Source: an uncultured Alphaproteobacteria bacterium (lineage in GTDB: Bacteria > Pseudomonadota > Alphaproteobacteria > RF32 > CAG-239). From it: a stretch of DNA of 64,000 nucleotides. The stretch spans positions 21,925 to 85,924 of the forward strand of contig CASDOS010000047.1 of NCBI GenBank assembly GCA_949282205.1, written 5' to 3'. Position 1 is the stretch's first letter; the number at the start of each line of letters is the position of its first letter. Position numbers and translations under genes: made by a program. Shown piece after piece: positions 1-9,380 of the stretch. Under the pieces are notes generated by a model. The model had not been told where the DNA came from. It saw only the letters and a program-made list of their open reading frames with translations, and did no database searches.

Positions 1-1
1 C

Positions 2-1051
2 GGACGCGCTCCGGGGGAACCTCCGCCAACCTTGTTTGAGTATTTTCCAAAAGACGCACTCTTGTTTATTGACGAAAGTCATATTTCCGTACCGCAAATC
101 GGCGGTATGTATCGGGGAGACAGAAACCGTAAAACAACACTTGCCGATTATGGTTTTAGACTTCCTTCGTGCGTGGATAATCGACCGCTTAAATTTGAGG
201 AATGGGATAAGTTTCGCGCACCGACCATCTTTGTTTCCGCAACTCCCGGGGATTGGGAACTTGAACAGAGCCACGGCGTGTTTGCCGAACAGGTTATTCG
301 TCCGACCGGCTTGATGGATCCGCTTTGTGTGGTTAAGCCGGTGGAAACGCAAGTCGATGATTTGATGGCGGAATGTCGTCGCGTTATTGCCAAAGGTGAG
401 CGTGCGCTCGTGACGACTTTAACCAAAAAAATGGCAGAGGATTTAACCGAATATTTGAAAGAAAACGGAATTAAAGTGCGCTATCTGCACTCGGATGTCG
501 ATACGTTGGAGCGTATTGAAATTATCAGAGATTTGCGACAGGGCGTGTTTGATGTTTTGGTCGGAATTAACCTCTTGCGAGAAGGATTGGATATTCCCGA
601 ATGTTCATTAGTGGCTATTTTAGATGCCGATAAAGAAGGCTTTTTACGTTCTTATCGCTCGCTTATTCAAACTATCGGGCGTGCAGCGCGTAATGCCGAC
701 GGTAAAGTTGTTCTCTACGCCGATAAAATGACCGACTCGATTAAAATGGCTTTGGATGAAACCGAACGTCGACGTAAAAAGCAATTTCAATATAACCAAG
801 AACACGGTATTGTGCCGAAAACTATTAAAAAGGCTATCTCTTCCGTCTTACAGACAATGACCGAGGTTGAAGGCGATAAAGAATTAACCGCGCCGATTGC
901 TCGAGATAAGCTCGAAAATATCGCTAAGGAAATTAAACGTTTAACCAAAGAAATGAAACAATATGCGGCGGATTTGGAATTTGAAAAAGCGATGAAATGC
1001 CGTGATGAAATTAAACGCTTGGAATCTATCCGCCTGATTACCGAAGACTAA
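2..1051 (+). CDS. uvrB: Excinuclease ABC subunit B (UvrB), C-terminal ~350 aa; the 5' end lies upstream of the window
   Basis: The frame is open from nt 2 ([16 protein letters not shown]). Motifs: [21 protein letters not shown], helicase C-terminal motifs ([24 protein letters not shown]), C-terminal UVR motif [16 protein letters not shown]. Confidence 0.95.
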   Translation, partial: GRAPGEPPPTLFEYFPKDALLFIDESHISVPQIGGMYRGDRNRKTTLADYGFRLPSCVDNRPLKFEEWDKFRAPTIFVSATPGDWELEQSHGVFAEQVIRPTGLMDPLCVVKPVETQVDDLMAECRRVIAKGERALVTTLTKKMAEDLTEYLKENGIKVRYLHSDVDTLERIEIIRDLRQGVFDVLVGINLLREGLDIPECSLVAILDADKEGFLRSYRSLIQTIGRAARNADGKVVLYADKMTDSIKMALDETERRRKKQFQYNQEHGIVPKTIKKAISSVLQTMTEVEGDKELTAPIARDKLENIAKEIKRLTKEMKQYAADLEFEKAMKCRDEIKRLESIRLITED

Positions 1052-1325
1052 TTCTCATTTTTGGGGGGAGGTATGCTTCTTTATCGAGATGATGAACGGA
1101 AGACGCTTTTTTTATTGTGGATTAAACGAGGCGATGCTTGCGAACTTTGTGCCGATTTTGCAAAATTAATATTCAGGTATTGCAGAAGAACGGTGACGAC
1201 ACTATATAGTAGTGGTCCGGTTGTGTGTCATCGGTTTTTTTCTCGAATGTTTTGAGGGGGAATGGTTTCTGTTTTACCCGATGTCGGGCGTTTGATTGTG
1301 TATGTTAATGTATAAGGATGTTGTA

Positions 1326-3800
1326 ATGAGCCGCGTTGATGATAAAGACTTAAATAATGAAAAATTTTTAGATGCTAAAGATGCTCTTCCACCGTTGGAT
1401 GATGAAATAATTTTGGAAAATATGGAGTATCCGGTGTTGTCACTGCGCGATATTGTTGTGTTTCCTGATAATTCCGCTTCTCTGTTTGTGGGACGCTCCA
1501 TGTCGCTTAAAGCTGCTAAGGCTGCTTATCAATTCGGTACTCCGCTCGCTTTGTTGACACAGAAACAATCCGCTACCGAAAATCCTAAAGAAGACGATTT
1601 ATATCATATCGGTACTTTGGCGCGGATTAAACGCTTTATTACCATGCCGGATGGTACGCTTAATTTGGCGGTGGAAGGTATTGCTCGTATTAAAGTTAAA
1701 AAATTAAATGTGTTTGGCGAATATTATACCGCGTTTGTGACACCGTATAAGCTGGAAGAGGATGACGGTGATCCTATTGAACTTAAAGCATTGGCCGCCG
1801 TGGTTAGTGAGAAATTTAAACAGCAAACTATCGATTATTCCAAAATGCCGAAAGAAAGTTTGATGATTGTTAATCAACATGAAAATTTGGGTAAATTGAT
1901 TGCTACTATTATCGGAAATTTGGATATTCGTACCGCGGATAAACAGGAATTGCTCGAGTGCAAAAACGAACGCGCCATGTTGATGAAAATTCTTGAAATC
2001 CTTAATGCAGAAGGCGCCAGAATTGCCGCCGAAAATAAAATTAAAGACCGAGTTAAAACGCAGATGGAGAAAAATCAACGCGATTATTATTTGAACGAAC
2101 AGCTTAAGGCTATTCAAAAAGAATTGACCGGCGTTGAAAATGAAGAAGAAGACGAAATTCAGCAATATACTAAGAAAATTGCCGAATCCAAAATGTCTGC
2201 CGAGGCGCGTACAAAAGCTAATCAGGAACTTAAAAAATTAAAAGCAGCCGGTCCAATGAGCGCGGAATCCACAATTATTCGTAACTATCTGGATTGGTTG
2301 GTTGATTTGCCTTGGGGTAAATATTCTCCTATCAGCCATAATTTGACTAAGGCTATCGAAATTTTAGATGAAGACCATTTTGGTTTGCAGAAAGTTAAAG
2401 AGCGTATTATTGAATATTTAGCCGTACAGGCGCGTTCTAAAGATTTAAAAAGTCCAATCCTTTGTTTGGTCGGGGCGCCGGGTGTCGGTAAAACATCTCT
2501 CGGACGTTCTATCGCTCGCGCAACGGGGCGTAAATTCGTTCGCGCTTCTTTGGGCGGTATGCGCGATGAAGCTGAAATTCGCGGGCACCGGCGTACTTAT
2601 ATCGGGGCAATGCCCGGGAAAATTATTCAAAATATTAAAAAAGCAGGCGTGTCTAATCCGTTGTTCCTTTTGGATGAAATTGATAAACTCGGTTCCGATT
2701 GGCGAGGCGACCCGAGCTCGGCTTTGCTCGAAGTCTTAGATCCCGAACAGAACGCTACTTTTAATGACCATTATCTTGATTTGGATTATGACCTGTCTAA
2801 GGTGATGTTTGTGACAACCGCTAACTCGCTTGATATGCCGCGGCCGTTGCTCGATCGTATGGAAATTATTCGTCTTGACGGCTATACAGAACAGGAAAAA
2901 ATCGAAATCGCTAAACGTCACCTTATTCCGAAGGTTTTTAAAGAAAATGCTATTAAACCGACAGAGCTCTTTATTACCGATGAGGCTATTCGTGATGTTA
3001 TTCGTTATTATACTTCCGAATCCGGCGTGCGTAATTTGGAACGTGAGTTGGCGACTATCGCTCGTAAATCGGCTAAGGAACTTTTATTGGATAGTGAGAA
3101 AAATAGCGGAACTAAAAAATCTAAGAAAAAATCTGATGACCATATTATCGTTAATGAAGATAATCTTAGTAAATATTTGGGGATTAAAAAGTTTCATTTC
3201 GGTGTGCGTGAAGAAAAAAATATGGTGGGCGTTACTACCGGTTTGGCGTGGACGGAAGTCGGCGGCGATATCCTCTTTATCGAAGCGGTCGATATGCCGG
3301 GGAAAGGGGTGGTTAAACAAACCGGTAAACTCGGTGATGTGATGAAAGAATCTATCGATACTGCTTATTCCGTAGTGCGTTCTCATGCGCAGGCTTTGGG
3401 TATTAATCCGGAAGTGTTCGAAAAGACAGATGTCCATGTTCATGTTCCCGAAGGCGCTACTCCTAAAGACGGACCTTCGGCCGGTATTACCATGTATACA
3501 ACACTTGTTTCCGTGTTTACTAAAATTCCGGTTAAAAGCGATGTGGCGTTGACCGGCGAAATTACACTGCAAGGTCGTGTTCTTCCTATCGGCGGATTGA
3601 AGGAAAAATTGCTTTCCGCTTTGCGCGGCGGTATCAAAACCGTGATTATTCCAAAGGAAAATGAAAAAGATTTGGCGGAACTGCCCGAAATTGTCAGAAA
3701 AGAACTTAATATCGTCTTGGCGGAAAATGTTAATGATGTGCTTAAAGTGGCTTTGGAACGTCCGGTGACACCTTTGCCGCAGGAAAGTACGGTGCATTAG
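1326..3800 (+). CDS. lon: ATP-dependent Lon protease
   Basis: N-terminal LON domain, Walker A GAPGVGKTS, catalytic-Ser region PKDGPSAGITM. I chose the ATG at 1326, preceded by AAGGA at 1314-1318; the ORF itself opens at 1296. Confidence 0.95.
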   Translation: MSRVDDKDLNNEKFLDAKDALPPLDDEIILENMEYPVLSLRDIVVFPDNSASLFVGRSMSLKAAKAAYQFGTPLALLTQKQSATENPKEDDLYHIGTLARIKRFITMPDGTLNLAVEGIARIKVKKLNVFGEYYTAFVTPYKLEEDDGDPIELKALAAVVSEKFKQQTIDYSKMPKESLMIVNQHENLGKLIATIIGNLDIRTADKQELLECKNERAMLMKILEILNAEGARIAAENKIKDRVKTQMEKNQRDYYLNEQLKAIQKELTGVENEEEDEIQQYTKKIAESKMSAEARTKANQELKKLKAAGPMSAESTIIRNYLDWLVDLPWGKYSPISHNLTKAIEILDEDHFGLQKVKERIIEYLAVQARSKDLKSPILCLVGAPGVGKTSLGRSIARATGRKFVRASLGGMRDEAEIRGHRRTYIGAMPGKIIQNIKKAGVSNPLFLLDEIDKLGSDWRGDPSSALLEVLDPEQNATFNDHYLDLDYDLSKVMFVTTANSLDMPRPLLDRMEIIRLDGYTEQEKIEIAKRHLIPKVFKENAIKPTELFITDEAIRDVIRYYTSESGVRNLERELATIARKSAKELLLDSEKNSGTKKSKKKSDDHIIVNEDNLSKYLGIKKFHFGVREEKNMVGVTTGLAWTEVGGDILFIEAVDMPGKGVVKQTGKLGDVMKESIDTAYSVVRSHAQALGINPEVFEKTDVHVHVPEGATPKDGPSAGITMYTTLVSVFTKIPVKSDVALTGEITLQGRVLPIGGLKEKLLSALRGGIKTVIIPKENEKDLAELPEIVRKELNIVLAENVNDVLKVALERPVTPLPQESTVH

Positions 3801-3831
3801 TTCTTTTGATGAGAGAATGCTTTATTGAAGA

Positions 3832-3862
3832 AAGTCGGGATGGTTATCTCGGCTTCTTTTTT
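3832..3862 (+). terminator. Intrinsic terminator of lon
   Basis: A 10-bp stem (aagtcgggat / atctcggctt, 2 G-U pairs), a 4-nt loop, then a T6 run. Confidence 0.75.
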
Positions 3863-3923
3863 GTGTGCCTGATGATTTATTTGTTGTAGGAGGAGGGCGG
3901 GGAAACTTATGGATTATTAGGGC

Positions 3924-3952
3924 TTGACAGCGAATTGTTTTCAAGTTATATT
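3924..3952 (+). promoter_or_regulatory. Sigma70-like promoter of smpB
   Basis: TTGACA-N17-TATATT, about 28 nt upstream of the smpB ATG. Confidence 0.6.
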
Positions 3953-3979
3953 CCTATTCCGTTTTGATAGAGGTTTATC

Positions 3980-4450
3980 ATGGCTAAAAAGGTGAAAAAA
4001 TCTGATTTTATCGCAACGGGGCAGATTGCCGTTAATCGCCGCGCTTCGTTTGATTATGCTATTGAGGAAACCTTTGTGGCCGGGCTTGAGTTGCGGGGGA
4101 CGGAAGTTAAATCTTTGCGCTTGGGGAAAGCCTCTCTTATCGATACTTACGGTTCTTATGACAATGGCGAGTTGTTTATTGAAAATTTGAAAATCGAAGA
4201 ATATGCTAATAAAGGTTATGAAAAACAAGAGCCTAATCGTAAGAAAAAATTGTTACTTACTCGCAGCGAAATTAATCGCATTATCGGGGCTATGACCAAA
4301 AAAGGTTATTCGCTGATTGCCAAGCGGCTTTTCTTTGATGATAGAGGTCGGGCGAAACTTGAGGTCGGGCTCGGTAAAGGTAAAAAACTTTACGATAAAC
4401 GCGAGAGTATTAAAGAACGCGAAATTAGTCGTAAATTGCGCGAGTGGTAG
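3980..4450 (+). CDS. smpB: SsrA-binding protein SmpB
   Basis: IAVNRRASFDY, GTEVKSLR, LLLTRSEI and a basic C-terminal tail. Size is typical at 156 aa. Confidence 0.95.
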   Translation: MAKKVKKSDFIATGQIAVNRRASFDYAIEETFVAGLELRGTEVKSLRLGKASLIDTYGSYDNGELFIENLKIEEYANKGYEKQEPNRKKKLLLTRSEINRIIGAMTKKGYSLIAKRLFFDDRGRAKLEVGLGKGKKLYDKRESIKEREISRKLREW

Positions 4451-4550
4451 TTCCTTTTTTGCGGTTTTCTTAAGTTATTGGCGGTGGTTTTGTTGCGGGT
4501 TGGGGTGCTACTCGCGGTATGCGAAATTTAATTAAAAATCTAAAAATGAG

Positions 4551-4578
4551 TTGACAGTTTGAATATTGTTGCTATCTT
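4551..4578 (+). promoter_or_regulatory. Sigma70-like promoter of hypothetical gene A
   Basis: TTGACA-N16-TATCTT. Confidence 0.5.
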
Positions 4579-4620
4579 CTTTGACAAAATGAAATTATTG
4601 TGAACTTAAATGTATTTTTT

Positions 4621-5436
4621 ATGGAAAAAATTAGTGTGTGGAGCGATTTGGAGCTTATCGGTGAAAAGCTCGGTTATCCGATTTATCTGTTTAGAGATGG
4701 TTATTGCGCGAAGTCTATGGAGTGTGAAAATCAAACGGCAATTGCTGTGGTGCGAAAACTTCCTCGCTCCGGTAAATTGCAAATCTTTACGGTTGCAAGC
4801 GATTTTCCTCAAACTCAGTTTGAAGTGTTGGCGGTTTCGTCTTTTTCGGAAGAGTGCGATGATGCGTGGAATTTTCAAAAGGCGTTGTTGCAGGTCTTAA
4901 ATGGTTGTAAATTGGATGATTCTCGCTTGGCAAGAGTTTTCCTTACTGAGGGGAAAAATGCTGATGTTCAGAAATATGTTAAAGAATATCCGTATTTGGC
5001 CGCTAATGAAATTGCTTGTTTCTTGCGAAATCCTAATCTTCGTGATAAGGTGGTTAAAGATTGGTTGCTTTGGCATGCAAAACATGTACAAACTCCGTTT
5101 GCGGATGGAAAAACTTATTTGATTTTTAATGCTTCTAAAATTGTGGCAAGCTTAAAAATTGAATTGCTTGGCTGGTTTATTCAGACCTTTTTGAAGGAGT
5201 TTTTCGGAACAGATGTGTTTGCGGAAACAGAGCATGCTTTGTTGAAAAGATGTCTGGATTTGGGACGTGTTGATTTGGTTAATATCTATTTGACAGAATT
5301 AAAACTCTTAAATGGATTCTATGGCTTGTGCGGTGGCGATGTGTTTGGATTAATGCAAGCTGCGTCTGTGAAAAATCCTAAGGTTGCGGCTTGGTATGCG
5401 AATGAATATTTGCCCAAAACAACCAGAAATGCTTAA
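4621..5436 (+). CDS. Hypothetical protein (tandem paralog A, 271 aa)
   Basis: Long ORF. I prefer the ATG at 4621 (MEKISVW) because it aligns with the paralog start MGKITLL. No SD and no recognisable domain. Confidence 0.7.
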   Translation: MEKISVWSDLELIGEKLGYPIYLFRDGYCAKSMECENQTAIAVVRKLPRSGKLQIFTVASDFPQTQFEVLAVSSFSEECDDAWNFQKALLQVLNGCKLDDSRLARVFLTEGKNADVQKYVKEYPYLAANEIACFLRNPNLRDKVVKDWLLWHAKHVQTPFADGKTYLIFNASKIVASLKIELLGWFIQTFLKEFFGTDVFAETEHALLKRCLDLGRVDLVNIYLTELKLLNGFYGLCGGDVFGLMQAASVKNPKVAAWYANEYLPKTTRNA

Positions 5437-5454
5437 AAATTGCTCTTTATTTAG

Positions 5455-5485
5455 CGGATGTTCTTTACAGAACGTCCGTTTTTTT
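5455..5485 (+). terminator. Intrinsic terminator of paralog A
   Basis: cggatgttct / agaacgtccg stem followed by T7. The copy at 6437-6467 is nearly identical. Confidence 0.8.
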
Positions 5486-5501
5486 GTGCGAAAAAATATT
5501 A

Positions 5502-5529
5502 TTGACAAAAATAATCGGTGTGATATGGT
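5502..5529 (+). promoter_or_regulatory. Sigma70-like promoter of hypothetical gene B
   Basis: TTGACA-N16-TATGGT. Confidence 0.5.
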
Positions 5530-5571
5530 TTTGTCAGATAACGATTATTATGAACTTAAAAAATATTGTGT

Positions 5572-6420
5572 ATGGGAAAAATTACTTTGTTGAACGAGCT
5601 AAACGCTATTGGCGAGGAACTCGGTTATCCTTTTTATCTGTTTGCAGATGGATCTTACGGAAATAAATTTGTTAATGGTAAAATGAATGCGGTTGCAGTC
5701 ATCAAAAAGCCTTTTAAACAGACTGAACTTCATGATACTCCAGCGCGTGCTAAGGAAACGGTGTGTCGTGCTGATTATCGTGCTAAAACTTCTGCTCTAT
5801 CAAGTGTGACGGCGAGAATTAACGCAGCGTTGCCGCCAACTTATCATGAACGCATAGCTGCTCTTTCTGAAGAAGATCGGAAAAAGTTGCAAAAAGCTCT
5901 CTTACTTGTTCGTGATAATAAACTGTGCTTTTTTGGGGAAAGTTGCTTGTTGTTACGTTATGCTCAGAAAGATGATGTTCAAAAATGCTTGCAGTTGAAA
6001 ACTGTTGTGGCTCGTGAAGGATTTCTCTGTTTGTTGGAAAATTCGTTGTTGAGTACTGAATTTCTGAAGCAGTGTATTACAGATCGTGAAGAAGAAATTG
6101 TTGAGCTTATTGAGTATAAAGAAGATTGGAATAAAAACTATTTTGGTTTCTATTTTGTACAGAAACTCAGACCTGATATGCTATTGTGGTTTATGAATAA
6201 ATTTCATGGGTGCTTCGGAATTTGCAGTAGGGAAATAAGTTTTATTCAGCGATGTGTGCAGCTTAATGATTTTTCAATGCTGACGGAGTATATTCGGGTC
6301 TATAATTCTTTTATGGATAGAGAGGTAACAGATTATCTTGTTGAAGAGGCTCTTAATAATTCTGAACTTTATAAATGGTATACGGATGTTTATTTGAAGA
6401 GAGCTCAGAAAAGTGCTTAA
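5572..6420 (+). CDS. Hypothetical protein (tandem paralog B, 282 aa)
   Basis: Shares with paralog A the motifs L..IGE.LGYP.YLF.DG, A.AV..K, QKALL, DVQK and the C-terminal WY...YL. Confidence 0.7.
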   Translation: MGKITLLNELNAIGEELGYPFYLFADGSYGNKFVNGKMNAVAVIKKPFKQTELHDTPARAKETVCRADYRAKTSALSSVTARINAALPPTYHERIAALSEEDRKKLQKALLLVRDNKLCFFGESCLLLRYAQKDDVQKCLQLKTVVAREGFLCLLENSLLSTEFLKQCITDREEEIVELIEYKEDWNKNYFGFYFVQKLRPDMLLWFMNKFHGCFGICSREISFIQRCVQLNDFSMLTEYIRVYNSFMDREVTDYLVEEALNNSELYKWYTDVYLKRAQKSA

Positions 6421-6436
6421 ACAAACTCTTTATTAG

Positions 6437-6467
6437 CGGATGTTCTATTGCAGAACGTCCGTTTTTT
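6437..6467 (+). terminator. Intrinsic terminator of paralog B
   Basis: The same stem as 5455-5485, followed by T6. Confidence 0.8.
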
Positions 6468-6658
6468 GTGCGGCAAATTTAAAATGTGTGTGTCTTGATG
6501 CGAATATAACTCTTTCTTTTTAAAAGAAAAAATTAAAAATAATCGCGAATGTTTTAACTCCTTGTTTAGAATTTGGGACTACACTTCACTTATCCAAGGT
6601 GGGAGGTCTTTCGTTTCCGCCGGATTTTTGATTCATCCGCTTTTTTTAGGGGGATTAT

Positions 6659-9070
6659 ATGTTTAAGATGAAAAAATTATTAGCTTTATTGGCTGTTCTT
6701 GCGCCAATGTTGGCTTTGGGGGCAGGCAGCGCTGCGGCGTCTGAAATTGACCTCAAAATTCCGTCACTTGATGTGGCGTTTGATATTTTCGGTATGTCCG
6801 TTTCCGGTGTGCAAATTCTGGCTTTCGGCTTGATTATTTGCGTACTCGGTATGGCGTTCGGTTGGTATGAATTTCATAAAATTAAAAATATGCCGGCGCA
6901 TAAATCTATGCTTGCTATTTCCGAGCTGATTTATTCTACCTGCAAAACGTATATGAAACAACAAGCTAAACTTCTTATCTTGTTGGAAGTGTTTATCGCA
7001 GTTTGTATTTTCTATTATTTCTACGGATTGAACGATACGCCGTTGCCGAAAGTTTTAACCGTACTCGGATGGTCGGTTTTGGGTATTCTCGGCTCGTATT
7101 CGGTCGCTTGGTTCGGTATGCGCATCAATAACTATGCCAATGCGCGCACCGCTTTTGCTTCTTTGGAGGGGAAAGCATACAAGGTTATGAGTTTGCCGCT
7201 TAAATCAGGTATGTCTATCGGTGTTTTGCTTATCTGCGTGGAATTGATTATGATGATGGCTATTTTGCTCTTCGTTTCTAAAGAAAACGCAGGGGCTTGC
7301 TTTATCGGATTTGCTATCGGCGAATCTTTGGGCGCTTCCGCTTTGAGAATTTGCGGCGGTATCTTTACTAAAATTGCCGATATCGGTGCAGATTTGATGA
7401 AAATTATTTTCAAAATCGGTGAAGACGATGCGCGTAACCCCGGAGTTATTGCCGACTGTACCGGTGATAACGCCGGCGACTCAGTCGGGCCGACTGCCGA
7501 TGGTTTTGAAACTTATGGCGTGACCGGTGTGGCTCTTGTCAGCTTCATTGTTTTGGGCGCGGGAATGATGTATGCGCAAAACGGTGATTTGGTGATGATG
7601 GCTAACGGAATTGATTTCCAAGCGCGCTTAATCGTTTGGATTTTTGCTATGCGTATTTTGATGATTTTGACTTCTCTGTTCTCTTATTGGATGAACGCAA
7701 AACTCTCAGAAGCTCGTTATGGAACAGCGAAAATCTTTGATTTTGAAAAGCCTCTCACAAGCTTGATTTGGTTGACTTCCATTACATCAATCGCAGTTAC
7801 GTTTGCCATTTCTTATGTGATGCTTTCTTCTCTCAGTGCCGATTTGTGGTGGCGGTTGGCGCTTATCATCAGTTGCGGTACTTTGGCGGCGGCGCTTATT
7901 CCGGAATTTACCAAAATCTTTACGTCTTCCAAATCTCAACATGTTCAGGAAATCGTCAAATCCAGCCGTGAAGCCGGTGCTTCTTTGAACATTATTTCCG
8001 GTATTGTTGCCGGTAATATGTCTGCTTTTTGGCAGGGTTTGGTTATGGTCGGCTTGATGGTTATCGCTTTTTTTACCGCAAGTGAAGGTTTGGGCGACTT
8101 TATGGTTTATCCGACCGTGTTTGCTTTTGGTTTGGTCGCATTCGGTATGCTCGGAATGGGGCCGGTTACCATTGCCGTTGACAGCTATGGTCCGGTGACT
8201 GATAACGCACAATCTGTTTTTGAACTTTCGCAAATTGAAACTTTGCGTGGCGCAAAAAAAGAGATTGAACATGATTATGGTTTTAAACCTGATTTTGAAA
8301 AAGGTAAACACCTTCTTGAGGCTAATGACAGTGCCGGTAATACCTTTAAAGCAACGGCAAAACCGGTGCTTATCGGTACGGCGGTTATCGGTGCGACAAC
8401 GATGATTTTCTCTATCATCTTGCTCTTAAACCTCAAACTTGATTTGCTTGACCCGATGGTGTTGTTTGGTATTATCTTGGGTGGCGCGGTTATTTATTGG
8501 TTCTCCGGCGCTTCCATGCAGGCGGTTTCTACCGGTGCTTATCGCGCAACCGACTTTATTAAACAACATATCAAACTTTCGGGTAAAAAAGCCGCATCGC
8601 AAGAAGATTCTCAAGAAGTGGTTCGTATCTGCACGCTCTATGCGCAAAAAGGTATGTTCAACATCTTCATTGTTATCTTTTCGTTCACGATTGCGTTTGC
8701 TTGTTTTGATGCAAACTTGTTTGCAAGCTATTTGATTTCTATTGCCGTGTTTGGTTTGTATCAGGCTCTGTTTATGGCTAATGCCGGCGGGGCTTGGGAT
8801 AATGCCAAAAAAGTGGTAGAAGTTGATTTGGGCGAAAAAGGTACACCTTTGCACGATGCAACGGTGGTTGGCGATACGGTCGGCGATCCGTTTAAGGATA
8901 CTTCTTCCGTGGCCTTAAACCCGATTATTAAATTTACGACATTGTTCGGATTGTTGGCGGTGGAAATGGCTGTCGCCGCTCCGAAGTGCGTATCTCTGAC
9001 ACTCGGTGTTTTATTCCTTATCTTAGGATTGATATTCGTTTATCGCTCTTTCTATAAGATGAAGATATAA
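6659..9070 (+). CDS. hppA: Membrane-bound proton-translocating pyrophosphatase (H+-PPase) with an N-terminal signal-like extension
   Basis: Motifs: GGIFTKIADIGADL, DNAGDSVGP, GNTFKATAKP, GGAWDNAKK, GDTVGDPFKDTS; many TM helices. The Lys in GNTFK is consistent with the K+-independent type. Confidence 0.93.
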   Translation: MFKMKKLLALLAVLAPMLALGAGSAAASEIDLKIPSLDVAFDIFGMSVSGVQILAFGLIICVLGMAFGWYEFHKIKNMPAHKSMLAISELIYSTCKTYMKQQAKLLILLEVFIAVCIFYYFYGLNDTPLPKVLTVLGWSVLGILGSYSVAWFGMRINNYANARTAFASLEGKAYKVMSLPLKSGMSIGVLLICVELIMMMAILLFVSKENAGACFIGFAIGESLGASALRICGGIFTKIADIGADLMKIIFKIGEDDARNPGVIADCTGDNAGDSVGPTADGFETYGVTGVALVSFIVLGAGMMYAQNGDLVMMANGIDFQARLIVWIFAMRILMILTSLFSYWMNAKLSEARYGTAKIFDFEKPLTSLIWLTSITSIAVTFAISYVMLSSLSADLWWRLALIISCGTLAAALIPEFTKIFTSSKSQHVQEIVKSSREAGASLNIISGIVAGNMSAFWQGLVMVGLMVIAFFTASEGLGDFMVYPTVFAFGLVAFGMLGMGPVTIAVDSYGPVTDNAQSVFELSQIETLRGAKKEIEHDYGFKPDFEKGKHLLEANDSAGNTFKATAKPVLIGTAVIGATTMIFSIILLLNLKLDLLDPMVLFGIILGGAVIYWFSGASMQAVSTGAYRATDFIKQHIKLSGKKAASQEDSQEVVRICTLYAQKGMFNIFIVIFSFTIAFACFDANLFASYLISIAVFGLYQALFMANAGGAWDNAKKVVEVDLGEKGTPLHDATVVGDTVGDPFKDTSSVALNPIIKFTTLFGLLAVEMAVAAPKCVSLTLGVLFLILGLIFVYRSFYKMKI

Positions 9071-9093
9071 ACTCGTTGGAGTAAAATCTTAGG

Positions 9094-9123
9094 GCAGGCT
9101 AGTGTATATAGCCTGCTTTTTTT
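9094..9123 (+). terminator. Intrinsic terminator of hppA
   Basis: gcaggcta / tagcctgc stem followed by T7. Confidence 0.85.
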
Positions 9124-9201
9124 ATGGCTATGAGCGGGAAAGTTTGGAGCCGATATTTTGTAAAGATTTATTTTTTGTTATCTCCTTATTTAAAAAAGAT
9201 T

Positions 9202-9250
9202 TTTTTTGTACAAAAAATGTGTTGATTTTGTATAAAAAGTATGCTAAAGT
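9202..9250 (+). promoter_or_regulatory. Palindrome TTTTTTGTACAAAAAA plus a sigma70-like promoter (TTGATT-N17-TAAAGT) of lipoprotein gene 1
   Basis: A perfect 16-nt palindrome at 9202-9217, with the -35 at 9222-9227 and the -10 at 9245-9250. The same architecture occurs at 10669-10715 and 41009-41055. Confidence 0.55.
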
Positions 9251-9380
9251 AAGACAGTTAAAAAAATTATTGTGCCCGTTTTAAGGTTGTTAGCGTATGC
9301 GACAATCCGGTATTTTTTATGTTTTTATTATTAGCGGGTACACCAGAGAAGAAATTACTAAACTTAATATATTTTTTTAT

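Noticed and set aside
1061-1255. A 64-aa ORF in the uvrB-lon intergenic region, and a possible sigma32-type promoter for lon (ATTGCA...CACTATATAG around 1175-1210).
   Set aside because: The ORF has a GTG/TTG-type start, no SD and an implausible sequence. The promoter-like match has a spacer 1-2 nt longer than the alphaproteobacterial RpoH consensus as I remember it, so I do not call it.
1274-3797. Multiple antisense or alternative-frame ORFs inside lon (for example 1704..2165, 3084..3797). The same occurs inside hppA, the large lipoprotein gene, deoB, the 41101 gene and others.
   Set aside because: They lie entirely within confidently identified genes, lack RBSs, and encode F/I/N/K-rich junk typical of the reverse frames of AT-rich coding DNA.
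4451-4550. I searched downstream of smpB for a tmRNA (ssrA) gene, including the two-piece alphaproteobacterial form.
   Set aside because: No tRNA-like acceptor/T-arm (GGTTCGA...CCACCA) or tag-reading-frame signature is visible there. The only such 3' ends in the window belong to the tRNA-Ala genes and the repeat at 33514-33532.
6619-6647. A terminator-like hairpin (GCCGGAT...ATCCGC + T7) just before the hppA RBS, considered as a possible attenuator or riboswitch.
   Set aside because: The stem is only 5-6 bp with a bulge and a 9-nt loop, which is too weak to call. I could not identify a promoter or a known riboswitch motif upstream.
9297-9380. An N-terminal extension of the first lipoprotein ORF (start at 9297, as listed in the ORF track).
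   Set aside because: The extension (MRQSGIFYVFIISGYTREEITKLNIFFY) would bury the signal peptide. The ATG at 9381 gives a canonical lipoprotein signal, and the extension overlaps the conserved leader box.
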